This document shows, piece after piece, positions 21,800 to 31,352 of a stretch of 64,000 nucleotides of DNA (position 1 is its first letter; each line of letters begins with the position of its first letter). The notes under the pieces are model-generated. The model did not search any database. It had not been told where the DNA came from and was given only the letters and a program-made list of their open reading frames with translations. This DNA is from Elusimicrobiota bacterium. Lineage in GTDB: Bacteria; Elusimicrobiota; Elusimicrobia; UBA1565; UBA9628. A program made the translations under genes and the position numbers. The stretch lies in assembly GCA_035534315.1 (NCBI GenBank), contig DATLSD010000006.1, forward strand, positions 10,839 through 74,838, given 5' to 3'.

Positions 21800-22990
21800 T
21801 TAGAAGGTCAATCCCAATGATGTCGCAATATATCCATCGGTTCTCGTCAACCCGTGGACCGCGGGGAAAACGGCGTTTTCCGCCCAGTACTCGCGCAGTT
21901 CGTTGCGCCACACGAGCTGTTTTTGCAGCTGCACGTCGACGTTGACCGAGGCCGCGTTCGTCTTGAACGCCCCGGCGCCCGTCTGCACGACGACTTGATC
22001 CGGATCAGCGAAGCGCTCGACGCGCGCGGCCATCGCCACGCGCTGGGTGAGTTGGTAGCGGCCGATGAGCGAGCCTCCATACCACGACGAAAAATCGCCC
22101 TTCCCCGCGGGCTTATGCTGGATGCCGTAGTCCGCGGAGGCCTCGAACTGCCATTTGCCCCAGGCAGGAGTTTTGAAGATGAAGTCGTTCAGGAAACGTC
22201 CTTGGTTTCCGACTTTCTGGCCCCAAAACGTGTTGTAAGTCGCCGACCAGCCGCCTTCCGGCGCGTAGGAGATCTGGGTTCCCAGGGCCTTGTTCTGGTT
22301 GTTCTCCGAGATGTTCTGCCAGCCGTTGATGAGATGCAGTTGTCCCGACCAATCGTCGTTGAACTGATAGGCCGCCCAGACGCCGGATTGGTAGGTCGGC
22401 GAGAACTCGCCCATCATGGACCTGGTGTAGGTCCAGTTGTCCTTCGAAATGAAGCTTTCCATGCCGATGTGCGAGAAATAGATGCCGCCGTTGATCCAGA
22501 GCTTGTCCGTGACGCGGTATCCCGCCCACGCCTCCTGGATGAACTGCGAGACGCTGGGCCCGCTGACCTTGCCGACCGTCGGCTCGCCGGCGTAGGTTGC
22601 CTGCACGGAGTTGCCGGTTTGCAGGGCGAAGCGGCCATGCACGCGATCGGAATTGACGACGGCGTCCATATAGGCGAGATTGACGTTGAACTCGTTGGCC
22701 CGGGCGGCTTGGGCGGTGTAGGCCCGATCGAAATTCGGCGGCTGATCGAAATCGTAGGCGTAGTAGGTGTCGATGAAGCCGCCGAACTTGACCGGCAAGT
22801 CCGACGCCCAGGAGGAAGCCGCGGGCGGGGGCGATAGGCGCGTCTCCAACTCCAAAAGCCGCTTATTTAAGTCGTTGACTTGCCGGCTTAATGACTGGAT
22901 ATCCGAAGAGGATGCCTGTTGAGCCCGTGCCAACCGCGGAGCTAACGGGAATACAAAGGCAAGGAGCATCATCAAACGTCGCTGCGTCAT
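21800..22990 (-). CDS. Outer-membrane beta-barrel porin (OprO/OprP-like) upstream of the kdp operon
   Basis: Signal peptide (MTQRRLMMLLAFVFPLAPRLARAQ), an N-terminal coiled-coil, a Tyr/Gly-rich barrel and a C-terminal Phe. Architecture is similar to 47797..49092. Confidence 0.5.
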   Translation of the reverse strand: MTQRRLMMLLAFVFPLAPRLARAQQASSSDIQSLSRQVNDLNKRLLELETRLSPPPAASSWASDLPVKFGGFIDTYYAYDFDQPPNFDRAYTAQAARANEFNVNLAYMDAVVNSDRVHGRFALQTGNSVQATYAGEPTVGKVSGPSVSQFIQEAWAGYRVTDKLWINGGIYFSHIGMESFISKDNWTYTRSMMGEFSPTYQSGVWAAYQFNDDWSGQLHLINGWQNISENNQNKALGTQISYAPEGGWSATYNTFWGQKVGNQGRFLNDFIFKTPAWGKWQFEASADYGIQHKPAGKGDFSSWYGGSLIGRYQLTQRVAMAARVERFADPDQVVVQTGAGAFKTNAASVNVDVQLQKQLVWRNELREYWAENAVFPAVHGLTRTDGYIATSLGLTF

Positions 22991-23043
22991 GGAAGGTATC
23001 CTATAAATCACTTTAATTCTCGCAACAAAATGGCTGCGAGCGC

Positions 23044-23493
23044 TCATAAAGGGACGCCTGCCAGCAAGCCGTGCAAGTCTTCTCGTGTCCGAGCTTCGGA
23101 TAAGGCGCGGAGCAACCCTTTGCGTCCGGAGATCTGGCTGAGCGCCGATAAGGGGTAGAGATGGCCGGAGATGTTCTCCCGCGACACTGCGAGCAAGAAG
23201 GCAAAGCCCGTAGTTTTCTTTTCCCGGCCGGCGGCATTATTCGGCGGCGCCAGCCGCGCTATCGCCAGCGCCGGCCCGGAGATGCCGTCCGCTGAGCCGC
23301 AGAGCAAAGCCGAGCCGTGATCCGTCCTTTTATAAACCCCGGATTTCGGGGCAAGGGCGGAGCGCGCGATTTCCTCGCGGCAGGACTCCGGGACGGGCAA
23401 AGCCTTCGCCAGGGCTTGAACGATTTCCGCTGCGTCGCGCGCCTCCAGAGATTCCAAGATCGACTCGGGGCGCAGGATATTTCCGAGCGTCAT
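23044..23493 (-). CDS. PTS EIIA type-2 (PtsN-like) domain protein, divergent
   Basis: 149 aa, PtsN-length and paralogous to the adjacent EIIA-Ntr. The canonical AIPH motif is not evident. Confidence 0.45.
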   Translation of the reverse strand: MTLGNILRPESILESLEARDAAEIVQALAKALPVPESCREEIARSALAPKSGVYKRTDHGSALLCGSADGISGPALAIARLAPPNNAAGREKKTTGFAFLLAVSRENISGHLYPLSALSQISGRKGLLRALSEARTREDLHGLLAGVPL

Positions 23494-23562
23494 GAAGATT
23501 AGAGTACGTCTGCGGAGCGTTAGAAAGCCATTGTCGGGGCGTTGGCGCGGCGTTAGCGCGGG

Positions 23563-24030
23563 CTAAAGGGAAACAGCGGCGAGCAGACCCAGAAACTCCG
23601 GAGCGGAGGTCGCGCGGTTGAGCGACTTCAAGAGCTTCGCGTCCGCGGCCAAGCGGCTGAGCGCCGCCAAGACTTGCAGGTGGGAGCGGGGATCCGATTC
23701 CGGGACCGCCAAAAGGAAAATCAACGATACGGGCTTGGCATCGGCCGCGGCGAACTCGATGGGCTTGGCCAAGCGGCCCGCCGCCAGCAGCGGTTTGCCG
23801 AGCCTGGGCGTGCGCGCGTGCGGAATGGCGACGCCTCTGCCGATTCCCGTGGAACCGGCTTTTTCCCGGGCCAGGACGGCTTCGCGCAGCAAGTTCCTGT
23901 CGTCCTGAGTCCCCGGCAATTCCAGGGCGCCCACAAGCAGGGAAATCGCCGCTTCGCGATCGGCGGCCTGAAGCGGGACGATGATGGACTCGGGCCGAAC
24001 GATGTCCGACAGGAGCATGATGCCGATCAT
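23563..24030 (-). CDS. ptsN: Nitrogen-related PTS EIIA (EIIA-Ntr)
   Basis: 155 aa with the GRGVAIPHAR active-site His motif and the PTS EIIA type-2 fold pattern. Confidence 0.7.
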   Translation of the reverse strand: MIGIMLLSDIVRPESIIVPLQAADREAAISLLVGALELPGTQDDRNLLREAVLAREKAGSTGIGRGVAIPHARTPRLGKPLLAAGRLAKPIEFAAADAKPVSLIFLLAVPESDPRSHLQVLAALSRLAADAKLLKSLNRATSAPEFLGLLAAVSL

Positions 24031-24068
24031 AGCTTATCCCGCGTTAGAAGTCCGTTAGAACAGGAGCC

Positions 24069-24083
24069 TGGCACGTTCATTGC
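24069..24083 (+). promoter_or_regulatory. Candidate sigma-54 (-24/-12) promoter TGGCACG-N4-TTGC
   Basis: The sequence tggcacgttcattgc matches the RpoN consensus; it lies 14 nt upstream of the ATG at 24097. Confidence 0.4.
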
Positions 24084-24096
24084 GGACTATTTTGCC

Positions 24097-24693
24097 ATGA
24101 ACACGAAAATCGCCGGTCTCGCCGCTAAAATCGCCGATCTGGAGCGCGAGCTAGAAGAGGAGCTTGAGGAAGAACTCGAACGCACGCGAACCAAATTCCA
24201 CTACAGCATTGAGAAGGGCCTCGCCGCCTTCTCGCGCGAGACCCGCGCGCTTCACGACACGCTGCGCCAAAGCGTCCCCGCGTTCCTTTGGCAGACGCCG
24301 GTGAAAAGCCTTTTGGTCGCGCCCGTGATCTACTCCCTCATCATTCCTCTGGTCCTGATCGATCTCTGGGTGCGGCTTTATCAAGCGGTCTGCTTCCCGG
24401 TCTACCGCATCGCCAAGGTGGAGCGCGCCCGCTACGTCATTCTCGATCGCGGGCGCCTTCCCTATCTCAACTGGATTGAGCGAATCAACTGCGACTACTG
24501 CGGCTACGCCAACGGCCTCGTCGCCTACGTCCGCGAGGTGGCCTCGCGCACAGAACAGTACTTCTGTCCCATTAAACACGCGCGCCATCTTGCCGGAGCT
24601 CATGCGCGTTACCAGGACTTTCTAGACTTCGGCGACGCCCAGGGCTATAAGAATGAGTTGCGCCAGCTACGCTCGGATCTGCGCGGCGAATAA
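24097..24693 (+). CDS. Hypothetical membrane protein with coiled-coil N-terminus and a CxxC...C...H cluster
   Basis: Internal start MNTKIAGLAAKIADLERELEEE, one TM (LLVAPVIYSLIIPLVLIDLWVRLY) and CDYCGYANG...CPIKH. The longer track ORF overlaps ptsN. Confidence 0.45.
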   Translation: MNTKIAGLAAKIADLERELEEELEEELERTRTKFHYSIEKGLAAFSRETRALHDTLRQSVPAFLWQTPVKSLLVAPVIYSLIIPLVLIDLWVRLYQAVCFPVYRIAKVERARYVILDRGRLPYLNWIERINCDYCGYANGLVAYVREVASRTEQYFCPIKHARHLAGAHARYQDFLDFGDAQGYKNELRQLRSDLRGE

Positions 24694-24740
24694 AGAAATA
24701 TTGAGTAAAACAAATAATATTTTTAATAAGGCATATTTGT

Positions 24741-24749
24741 TGCTATAAT
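24741..24749 (+). promoter_or_regulatory. Extended -10 promoter element (TGcTATAAT) in an AT-rich island
   Basis: The only strongly AT-rich stretch nearby (24700..24757). The TGnTATAAT ends 9 nt before the GTG start at 24759, which implies a leaderless mRNA. Confidence 0.4.
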
Positions 24750-24758
24750 CGTTCATTC

Positions 24759-25325
24759 GTGAAAATATATAACAGCGCCTTCGAGAGCGGCCGTTGGGCT
24801 CCCGGAGCGGTGGCGGCTGTCGGGAAGTTCGACGGCATCCACTTGGGCCACCAAAAAATCATCCGTTTGGCCGTCGCCCGGGCCAAAAAACTCAAAGTTC
24901 GCTGCTTGGTCGTGACCTTTGATCCCCTGCCGGACCAATTCCTGCTCCTTTATTCCTACCGGCCGCTCCTCTCCGAGGCGGAAAAAATGGAGATTCTGGG
25001 CCGAATGGGCGTAGACGCCGTGGTGATCATGCCCTTCGATAAGGAACTCGCCTGCCTCTCGCCCGAAGCCTTCGCGGTCACCGTCTTAAAAGAGCAGTTG
25101 AAGGCGCGCGAAATCGTCGTGGGCGAGGATTTTTGCTTCGGGAAGGACCGCGCCGGAACCGCGGAGGCTCTCATAGAGTTCGGCCGGGCCATGGGCTTTA
25201 AGGTCCACGCCGTTCCCCTGGTCCGCGCCGCCGGCCAAAAAATCAGCGCTTCTCGAATACGCGAGCTCATCGAGTCCGGGAACCGGGCGGGAGCCGAGAA
25301 ACTGCTCGGCCGCGCGCCGGCCTAG
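24759..25325 (+). CDS. FMN adenylyltransferase (FAD synthetase, RibF N-terminal domain only)
   Basis: 188 aa with the GKFDGIHLGHQ nucleotidyltransferase motif; no riboflavin-kinase domain. Confidence 0.7.
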   Translation: MKIYNSAFESGRWAPGAVAAVGKFDGIHLGHQKIIRLAVARAKKLKVRCLVVTFDPLPDQFLLLYSYRPLLSEAEKMEILGRMGVDAVVIMPFDKELACLSPEAFAVTVLKEQLKAREIVVGEDFCFGKDRAGTAEALIEFGRAMGFKVHAVPLVRAAGQKISASRIRELIESGNRAGAEKLLGRAPA

Positions 25326-25347
25326 GGAGCCTCCCATTTCAAAAGCC

Positions 25348-28260
25348 ATGGACGGCGCCGCCCCGGACGCCCGGTTAAAGGGCGTCATCGAGCGCCTGGC
25401 CGAACTCCTGCCGGCGCAGGGGCCCATCGGCATTTTCATCCACCATAACACTCTCCACGCGTTCGAATCCCAAGATTTCGAGCAGGCCGTCGTTTCGGCG
25501 GGCGAAAAGCTGTCCTGCGAGCCTTTTCTACCGGAAGAGGAGTACCGCCGCGAATTTCAAAGCGGCCGCATTCTGGAGCAGGACCTCCGCTGGGCCCTGG
25601 GCGATGAACTCGGCCCGGACGCCGCGCGCGCGGTTTTCGACGATCTCACGCGCCTGGAGTTGCGGATCCGCATCGCCCGGTACGGAATCCCGAAGGCCGC
25701 CGGAGCGTCCTTGGCGTGGCTGTTGCAAGAAACCCCGGTTCTGCGGCGCTTCCGGGAGGACATCCCCAACGACGCGCGCCAAGCGCTGCGAAACGGGAGC
25801 AGCGCCCGCGATCTGTGGCGGGCTTGCCTCGCCGCGGCGCGGAAAACCCCGGCGGCGCCTTTTGTTCCCCCCGCTCCCCCCGCGCGCCACCGCGATCTTT
25901 TGCTGGCGGCGGCCGGAACGGACACCGACGCGTGGGTCAATCCCGTGCTCATCAGGCTCCTGGGCGCCTTCCTTGATCAAGGCTTGGCGCGCTGGAGCCT
26001 GCCGGAAGCCTCGCGCGGCCTTTACGCCTGCTTTCTCCATCTCTACGCGAACAGCTGGGCGTCCCTTTGCGGCCGGTGGGCGGCGCGCCTTCCCGATCTT
26101 ATTCGGGAGGAACGCCGCTTGGGCTTGAGCCCCTCGGCGTCGCTTGAGCGCTCGCTGGAGGTCTTGGGCGTCGGCGGCGAAGAAGCCGCCGGCTTTCTGG
26201 AGGCGACCGCCCTGGCCCTGCGCGGCTGGGCCGGGATGATCCGGCAGCTTGAAGAGCGCCCCGACCGGGTCCCGGCGCGCTCGCGGCCCGCGGCGGTCAT
26301 GGAATACCTGGCGGTCCGGCTGCTTTTGGAGCGCGCGGCGCTCTCCTACGCGGCGAGCCGCTTGCCCGGCTTCGGCGCGACGCTCTCGGAGCTTCGCGCG
26401 CATTTGCGCGGCCTGCTTGAGCCGCCGCCTCTTGCCTCGGATGAGGAGCGCGCCTGGCAGATCTTCCACGCGGCCCAACTCTGCGGATTGACCGCGGCGC
26501 GGATAGGCGGGCTCTCCGCCGCGCAGGCCGCGGCGCTCGAGGCCGAGCTCGCCGGGTTTGACGAAACCAGCCGGCGGCGCGTCCTGCAGTCGGCCTATGA
26601 CCGCCATCTGCGCGGCCGCTTGTGCGACGCCTTGAGCGCGCGCGTGCCCGCCCCAACGCCGAGCCCCGCCGCCTACCAGGCGATTTTTTGCCTGGACGAG
26701 CGCGAGGAGTCCTTCCGCCGGCACCTCGAGGAAACCGCGCCCGATTGCGAAACCTTCGGGGCCGCGGGATTCTTCGGCGTGGCCATGTACTACCAAGGAG
26801 CGACCGACGCCCATCCGCGCCCCCTGTGCCCCATCGCCGTCAAGCCGCGGCACTACGTCGGGGAGATGAAAATCGATCCCTCGGCCGCGCTGGCGCGCTG
26901 GCGGCGCGTGCGCCGGCGGCAGTCCGGCCGGCTGGGCCAGCTTCTCCACCGGTTCAACGGAACTTTTCTCGGCGGCTACCTCATCACGACGGTCGCGGGC
27001 CCGCTTTCGATTCTGCCGCTGGTTCTGCGCGTGGTTTTCCCCGGCTTGGCCCGGCGCTGGTCCCTGGCCCTGCCCTTTTCCAAAACCCCGGCGACGAGGC
27101 TGCTGCTTGACCGCCGGCCGGAGGCTCCCCCCATCGGCGCGCATTACGGCTACACGAAAGAGGAAATGGCCGCCATCGTGGGAAATCTTCTGCGCGGCGC
27201 CGCAATCGCCGGGCGCCTGGCCCCCGTCGTCGTGGTGGCGGGGCACGGCTCCACCAGCCTCAACAACCCCCACGAATCCGCGCACGACTGCGGCGCCTGC
27301 GGCGGCGGGCGCGGCGGCCCCAACGCCCGCGCCTTCGCGCAGATGGCCAACGATCCGGCGGTGCGCGCGCTTCTCGCCCAAGACGGCCTGCGCGTCCCCG
27401 AGCAAACGCGGTTCATCGGCGCCCTGCGCAACACCTGCGACAACTCGGTCGAGTTTTTCGATTTGGATCTGCTGCCCCGGGAGCACGAAAAGCGCTTTGG
27501 CCGCATCGCGGCCGATTTCGCGCGCACGCGCCGCAAGGAGGCGCACGAGCGCTGCCGCCGGTTCGAGAATTTTCCGCTCTCCGGAGGCCACGGCGCGGCC
27601 CTGGCCCACGTGGAGGAGCGCGCGCACGATTTGGCCCAGCCGCGGCCGGAGTACGGCCACGCCTCGAACGCCTTTTGCGTCGTGGGCCGGCGCAGCCGCA
27701 CGCGCGGGCTTTTCCTGGACCGCCGCGCGTTTTTAACCTCCTACGATCCGACGCAGGACGAAGACGGCTCCATCTTGGAGAGCACGCTCGCCGCGGTGAC
27801 CCCGGTCGTGGCGGGAATTTCCCTCGAATACTACTTCAGCCGGGTCGACCCCTCCGGCTACGGCTGCGCGACCAAGCTCCCCCACAACGTCGCGAGCCTC
27901 CTGGGCGTCATGAACGGCACGCAAAGCGATCTGCGCACGGGCCTGCCCTGGCAGATGGTGGAGATTCACGAACCGGTCCGGCTTTTCCTGGTCGTCGAGT
28001 GCGCGCCCGAACGCTTCGAGAGCGTGCTCGAGCGCCTGCCGACCGTGCGCCGGCTTCTCGACGGGCGCTGGATATTCGCCGCCTGCCTCGACCCGAACTC
28101 GCGGGCTCTGCGGCTGCGTGGAACTGACGGCTACCGGCCTTGGACGGCCCAGGCGCCCCTGCCTTCCGTCGTAGGCGATTCCGCGTCCTGGTACCGGGGC
28201 AGGCGCGATCACCTGCCCATCGCCGAAATAATCCCGCCCCCCGAGGCGGCGCTTCCATGA
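25348..28260 (+). CDS. dabA: DUF2309/UPF0753 protein DabA (putative CO2-hydrating subunit of a DAB inorganic-carbon uptake complex)
   Basis: 970 aa with FIHHNTLHAFE and HESAHDCGACGG Cys/His clusters. Immediately followed by NuoL-like membrane subunits with ATGA overlap. Confidence 0.7.
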   Translation: MDGAAPDARLKGVIERLAELLPAQGPIGIFIHHNTLHAFESQDFEQAVVSAGEKLSCEPFLPEEEYRREFQSGRILEQDLRWALGDELGPDAARAVFDDLTRLELRIRIARYGIPKAAGASLAWLLQETPVLRRFREDIPNDARQALRNGSSARDLWRACLAAARKTPAAPFVPPAPPARHRDLLLAAAGTDTDAWVNPVLIRLLGAFLDQGLARWSLPEASRGLYACFLHLYANSWASLCGRWAARLPDLIREERRLGLSPSASLERSLEVLGVGGEEAAGFLEATALALRGWAGMIRQLEERPDRVPARSRPAAVMEYLAVRLLLERAALSYAASRLPGFGATLSELRAHLRGLLEPPPLASDEERAWQIFHAAQLCGLTAARIGGLSAAQAAALEAELAGFDETSRRRVLQSAYDRHLRGRLCDALSARVPAPTPSPAAYQAIFCLDEREESFRRHLEETAPDCETFGAAGFFGVAMYYQGATDAHPRPLCPIAVKPRHYVGEMKIDPSAALARWRRVRRRQSGRLGQLLHRFNGTFLGGYLITTVAGPLSILPLVLRVVFPGLARRWSLALPFSKTPATRLLLDRRPEAPPIGAHYGYTKEEMAAIVGNLLRGAAIAGRLAPVVVVAGHGSTSLNNPHESAHDCGACGGGRGGPNARAFAQMANDPAVRALLAQDGLRVPEQTRFIGALRNTCDNSVEFFDLDLLPREHEKRFGRIAADFARTRRKEAHERCRRFENFPLSGGHGAALAHVEERAHDLAQPRPEYGHASNAFCVVGRRSRTRGLFLDRRAFLTSYDPTQDEDGSILESTLAAVTPVVAGISLEYYFSRVDPSGYGCATKLPHNVASLLGVMNGTQSDLRTGLPWQMVEIHEPVRLFLVVECAPERFESVLERLPTVRRLLDGRWIFAACLDPNSRALRLRGTDGYRPWTAQAPLPSVVGDSASWYRGRRDHLPIAEIIPPPEAALP

Positions 28261-29579
28261 TCGCGCTGATTTTGCGCGGCGGCGTTCTCCTGGCTCTAGC
28301 GGCGCCGGCGCTGCTCTTGGCGGTCCTGGCTCTGCCGGGCTTTTTGGGCCGGCCGTGGAGCGAAAGCCGCGTGGGCCTCCTGACGCAGGCGGCTTTCCTC
28401 GCGTCCTTCGGGGCCGTCGCCGCGGCGGGCCTGGCCTACGCGGCGGGCGCGCGCGTCCCGCTCGTCATCCATCTGGGCGGCTGGTTCTCAAAGGACGGGG
28501 GCTTCTCCTTCGATCTGCTCGTGGACGGCTGGTCGCTCGGCTTCGCGGCGCTCTCGGTCGGCATCTGCGGGGTCGTCTCCTCATTTTCCTTCCGCTACCT
28601 CCACCGCGAGCCGGGATTTCAGCGCTACTTTATCCTGCTCGTCTGTTTCGTGGGCGGCCTGCTGCTCGTCGCCCTGGCCGGCTCGGTCGAAGTCTTGTTC
28701 GCCGGCTGGGAGCTCCTGGGCCTGAGCTCGGCGCTGCTTGTCGCCTTCTTCCACGAGCGCCCGGCGCCCGTCGACAACGGCTTTCGCGTGCTGGCCTTCT
28801 ACCGCATCGGCGACGCCTGCATGCTCTCCGCGGCCGTCCTGCTCCACCATTGGGCGGGCAGCGACAGCCTCTCTCTGCTCTTCTCGGGCGGCGCCGGCCA
28901 TCTCTCCCGCCTGGGCGCCGATCACGTCGTGACCATCGCGGTCCTTCTTATCGCCGCGGCCGCGGCCAAAAGCGCGCTGCTCCCCTTCTCCACCTGGCTG
29001 CCGCGCGCCATGGAGGGGCCCACGCCCTCAAGCGCGGTCTATTACGGCGCGCTCTCCATCCACGCTGGCTGCTTTCTCCTGCTGCGCGCCTCCTCCCTGG
29101 TCCAGTACTCGGCGGCCACGCGGATTTTGACCGCCGCGGCGGGATTGGCCACGGCGGGCTACGCCGCGCTATCGGGGCGCGCGCAGACCGACGTCAAGTC
29201 GAAGCTCTGCTTCGCGTCCCTCGCCCAAGTCGGCATCATCGTGGTCGAAATTTCCCTGGGCTTGAACACCTTGGCCTTCCTGCACATGTCCGGGAACATC
29301 TGCCTGCGGCTGCTGCAGTTCCTGAGCGCCCCCAACATCCTCCACGATCTTCATCAGTTGGAAAACGATCTGGGCGCGAGCCTGGCCGCGGCCGAGGAGC
29401 CGCCCGCGGCTTGGGGCGGCGCGCTTTATCTCTTCGCGCTCGAGCGCGGCTTTTTGGACGGCCTCATGGACCGCTGGCTGGCCGAGCCCCTGGAGCGGCT
29501 GGCGGCCGCGCTGGAGAGCCTCGATCGGCGGCTGTGCCGGATTCCGGCGGCCTTCTTCGGAGGCGGCGATGGCGCTTAG
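28258..29579 (+). CDS. dabB: NuoL/MrpA-like proton-conducting membrane subunit (DabB-like 1)
   Basis: PF00361-type motifs GWELLGLSSALLVAFF and WLPRAMEGPTPSSA; polytopic membrane protein. Confidence 0.7.
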
Positions 29580-30930
29580 CCGGCTTCTTTGGCTGGCCGC
29601 GCTCGCGGCCCTCCCGGGCGCGGTTTTGGCGGCCTACGCCTTGGGAACGCGCGGGCGGCGGCTTTATGCCCTCGCGGCGGCATGCGCCGCCGTCTTGACC
29701 GCCGTCGCGGCAATCCCCCTGGCGCTGGAATTTTTTGGGCCGCTGAGCTCCGGTTCGGCGCCCTTGGCGCTTCTTTCCACCGTGCTTGTTCCCTTCGCGG
29801 CGCTGCTCTGGCTGATGGCGGTCGTCACGACGCCGAGCGCCCGCATGGACGACGCGGGACTCGCCCGCACGGCCGCGGCGTGCCTGCTGGGAATGGCGGC
29901 GTTTTTGACCGCCGCGCCCGCGGCCCTGGTCCTGATTTGGATTGCGACCGCCGCGATTTTGGCGGCCGGCCACCGGGGTGCGCGCTTCAAGGCGGCGCGG
30001 CGCGTCATCTTCTCGCACTTGGGCCTCTCGGCTATTTTTCTCGCGGCGGGCGCGGCCTTGGCGGCCTGGGCGCGCGGCCGCGGCGACGCGGCCTTGGAGC
30101 AATGGGGCGTGGCCTTGATTCTCTCGGCCGTCGTGCTGCGCAAGGGAATATTCCCGTTCCACGCGTGGATCCCCGAAGTCTTCGACCAAGGCCGCATCGG
30201 GCCCGCGGCTCTTTTCAACGCGCCGCAGCTGGGCACCTACGCGGCGCTGGTCCTGGCGGTCCCCTATGCGTGCCCGACGCTTTTGAGAACAGCCGCCGGG
30301 CTGGCCCTCATCACCGCGGTTTACGGATCCTTCATGGCGCTCTACCAGGCGGACGCGCGCCGGGCCTGCGGATACCTCTTCGTGAGCCAGTCGGCGCTGG
30401 TCATCGCGGGCTTGGAGCTTCCCGGCCGCGGAGCCTTGGTCGGCGCGCTGCTCCTGTGGGTGTGCTCCGGCGTGGCCCTGGCCGGGCTCTCGCGCGCGGT
30501 CCTGGCTCTTGAAGCGCGCCGCGGGCGCCTGCGCCTGGACGTGCGCCACGGTGGCTACGAGCGCATGCCGCTTCTGGCCGTGAGCTTCCTCATCATGGGG
30601 CTGGCCGTCGCGAATTTCCCCGGCACGCTCGGCTTTATCGGCGGGGAGATGTTGGTGCGGGGCGCGGTGGATTCCTTTCCCGGCTTGGGGCTCTTCGCGG
30701 TGGCGGCCGTGGCGATGAGCGGCTTGGCGGCCATCCGGATGTATTTCTCCCTTTTCTGCGGCCGGAAAGATTCCGGCGCGCATTTGAAGATGGGCCGCGT
30801 GGAAAGCCTGGGCTTCGCCGCGGCGGCGCTGATCCTGCTGGGCTTCGGCCTGGCGCCCGGAGGCCTGACGCGCGTTCTCTCGCGCGCCAGCGCGGCGGTC
30901 ATGGCCTCAAGGCAAAGCCCAAACCGCTAG
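29569..30930 (+). CDS. Second NuoN/MrpD-like proton-conducting membrane subunit (DabB-like 2)
   Basis: 453 aa polytopic protein with its own FHAWIPEVFDQGRIGPAALF motif; overlaps the previous gene by 11 nt. Confidence 0.6.
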   Translation: MALSRLLWLAALAALPGAVLAAYALGTRGRRLYALAAACAAVLTAVAAIPLALEFFGPLSSGSAPLALLSTVLVPFAALLWLMAVVTTPSARMDDAGLARTAAACLLGMAAFLTAAPAALVLIWIATAAILAAGHRGARFKAARRVIFSHLGLSAIFLAAGAALAAWARGRGDAALEQWGVALILSAVVLRKGIFPFHAWIPEVFDQGRIGPAALFNAPQLGTYAALVLAVPYACPTLLRTAAGLALITAVYGSFMALYQADARRACGYLFVSQSALVIAGLELPGRGALVGALLLWVCSGVALAGLSRAVLALEARRGRLRLDVRHGGYERMPLLAVSFLIMGLAVANFPGTLGFIGGEMLVRGAVDSFPGLGLFAVAAVAMSGLAAIRMYFSLFCGRKDSGAHLKMGRVESLGFAAAALILLGFGLAPGGLTRVLSRASAAVMASRQSPNR

Positions 30931-30938
30931 AATAGCGC

Positions 30939-31157
30939 ATGCTTCTAAAGCTCAAGGTCCACCCCGCCTCGAAGAAGGCGGCCGTCAGCCGCAAGGGGCC
31001 CGACGCGTACGATGTCTGGGTGCGCGCCGAGGCCCGCGACGGCTTGGCCAATGACGAAGCGCTGGCCGCCTTGGCCCGGGAGCTCGGCGTGGGCCGCGAA
31101 AAACTGCGGCTTGTCAAAGGCTCCCGGACTCCGTCTAAAATCGTCCAGGTTTATTAA
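30939..31157 (+). CDS. DUF167 (YggU-like) small protein
   Basis: 72 aa with an LKLKVHPASKKAAV...LRLVKG pattern. Confidence 0.5.
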   Translation: MLLKLKVHPASKKAAVSRKGPDAYDVWVRAEARDGLANDEALAALARELGVGREKLRLVKGSRTPSKIVQVY

Positions 31158-31352
31158 AAAAACGAGGGCGGGATGGACCGATGTCCGTCCCGTCCTGTTC
31201 GCCGGTGCGGCGTTGCTTAAGTTCGCTATGAACTTCGCGTCGGCCTCCGGCTTTCTGGCCTCTCATATGGAGGCTCTTTTCATGGGCTTCGGGGTTTCCC
31301 CCTGCCCCTCGATTTTCAATGGTGCAACGTTTCGGCTACCCCGTAAAATTGA

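Noticed and set aside
25528-27660. 710-aa minus-strand ORF antisense to dabA
   Set aside because: Extreme Arg/Ala/Gly composition with no motifs. Long antisense ORFs are expected in 70% GC DNA.
28258-30930. Possibility that the two DabB-like ORFs are one frameshifted gene
   Set aside because: Each ORF has its own complete PF00361-type motif set and they overlap by a clean 11 nt with an ATG, so two genes are more likely. Kept as a caveat in the findings.
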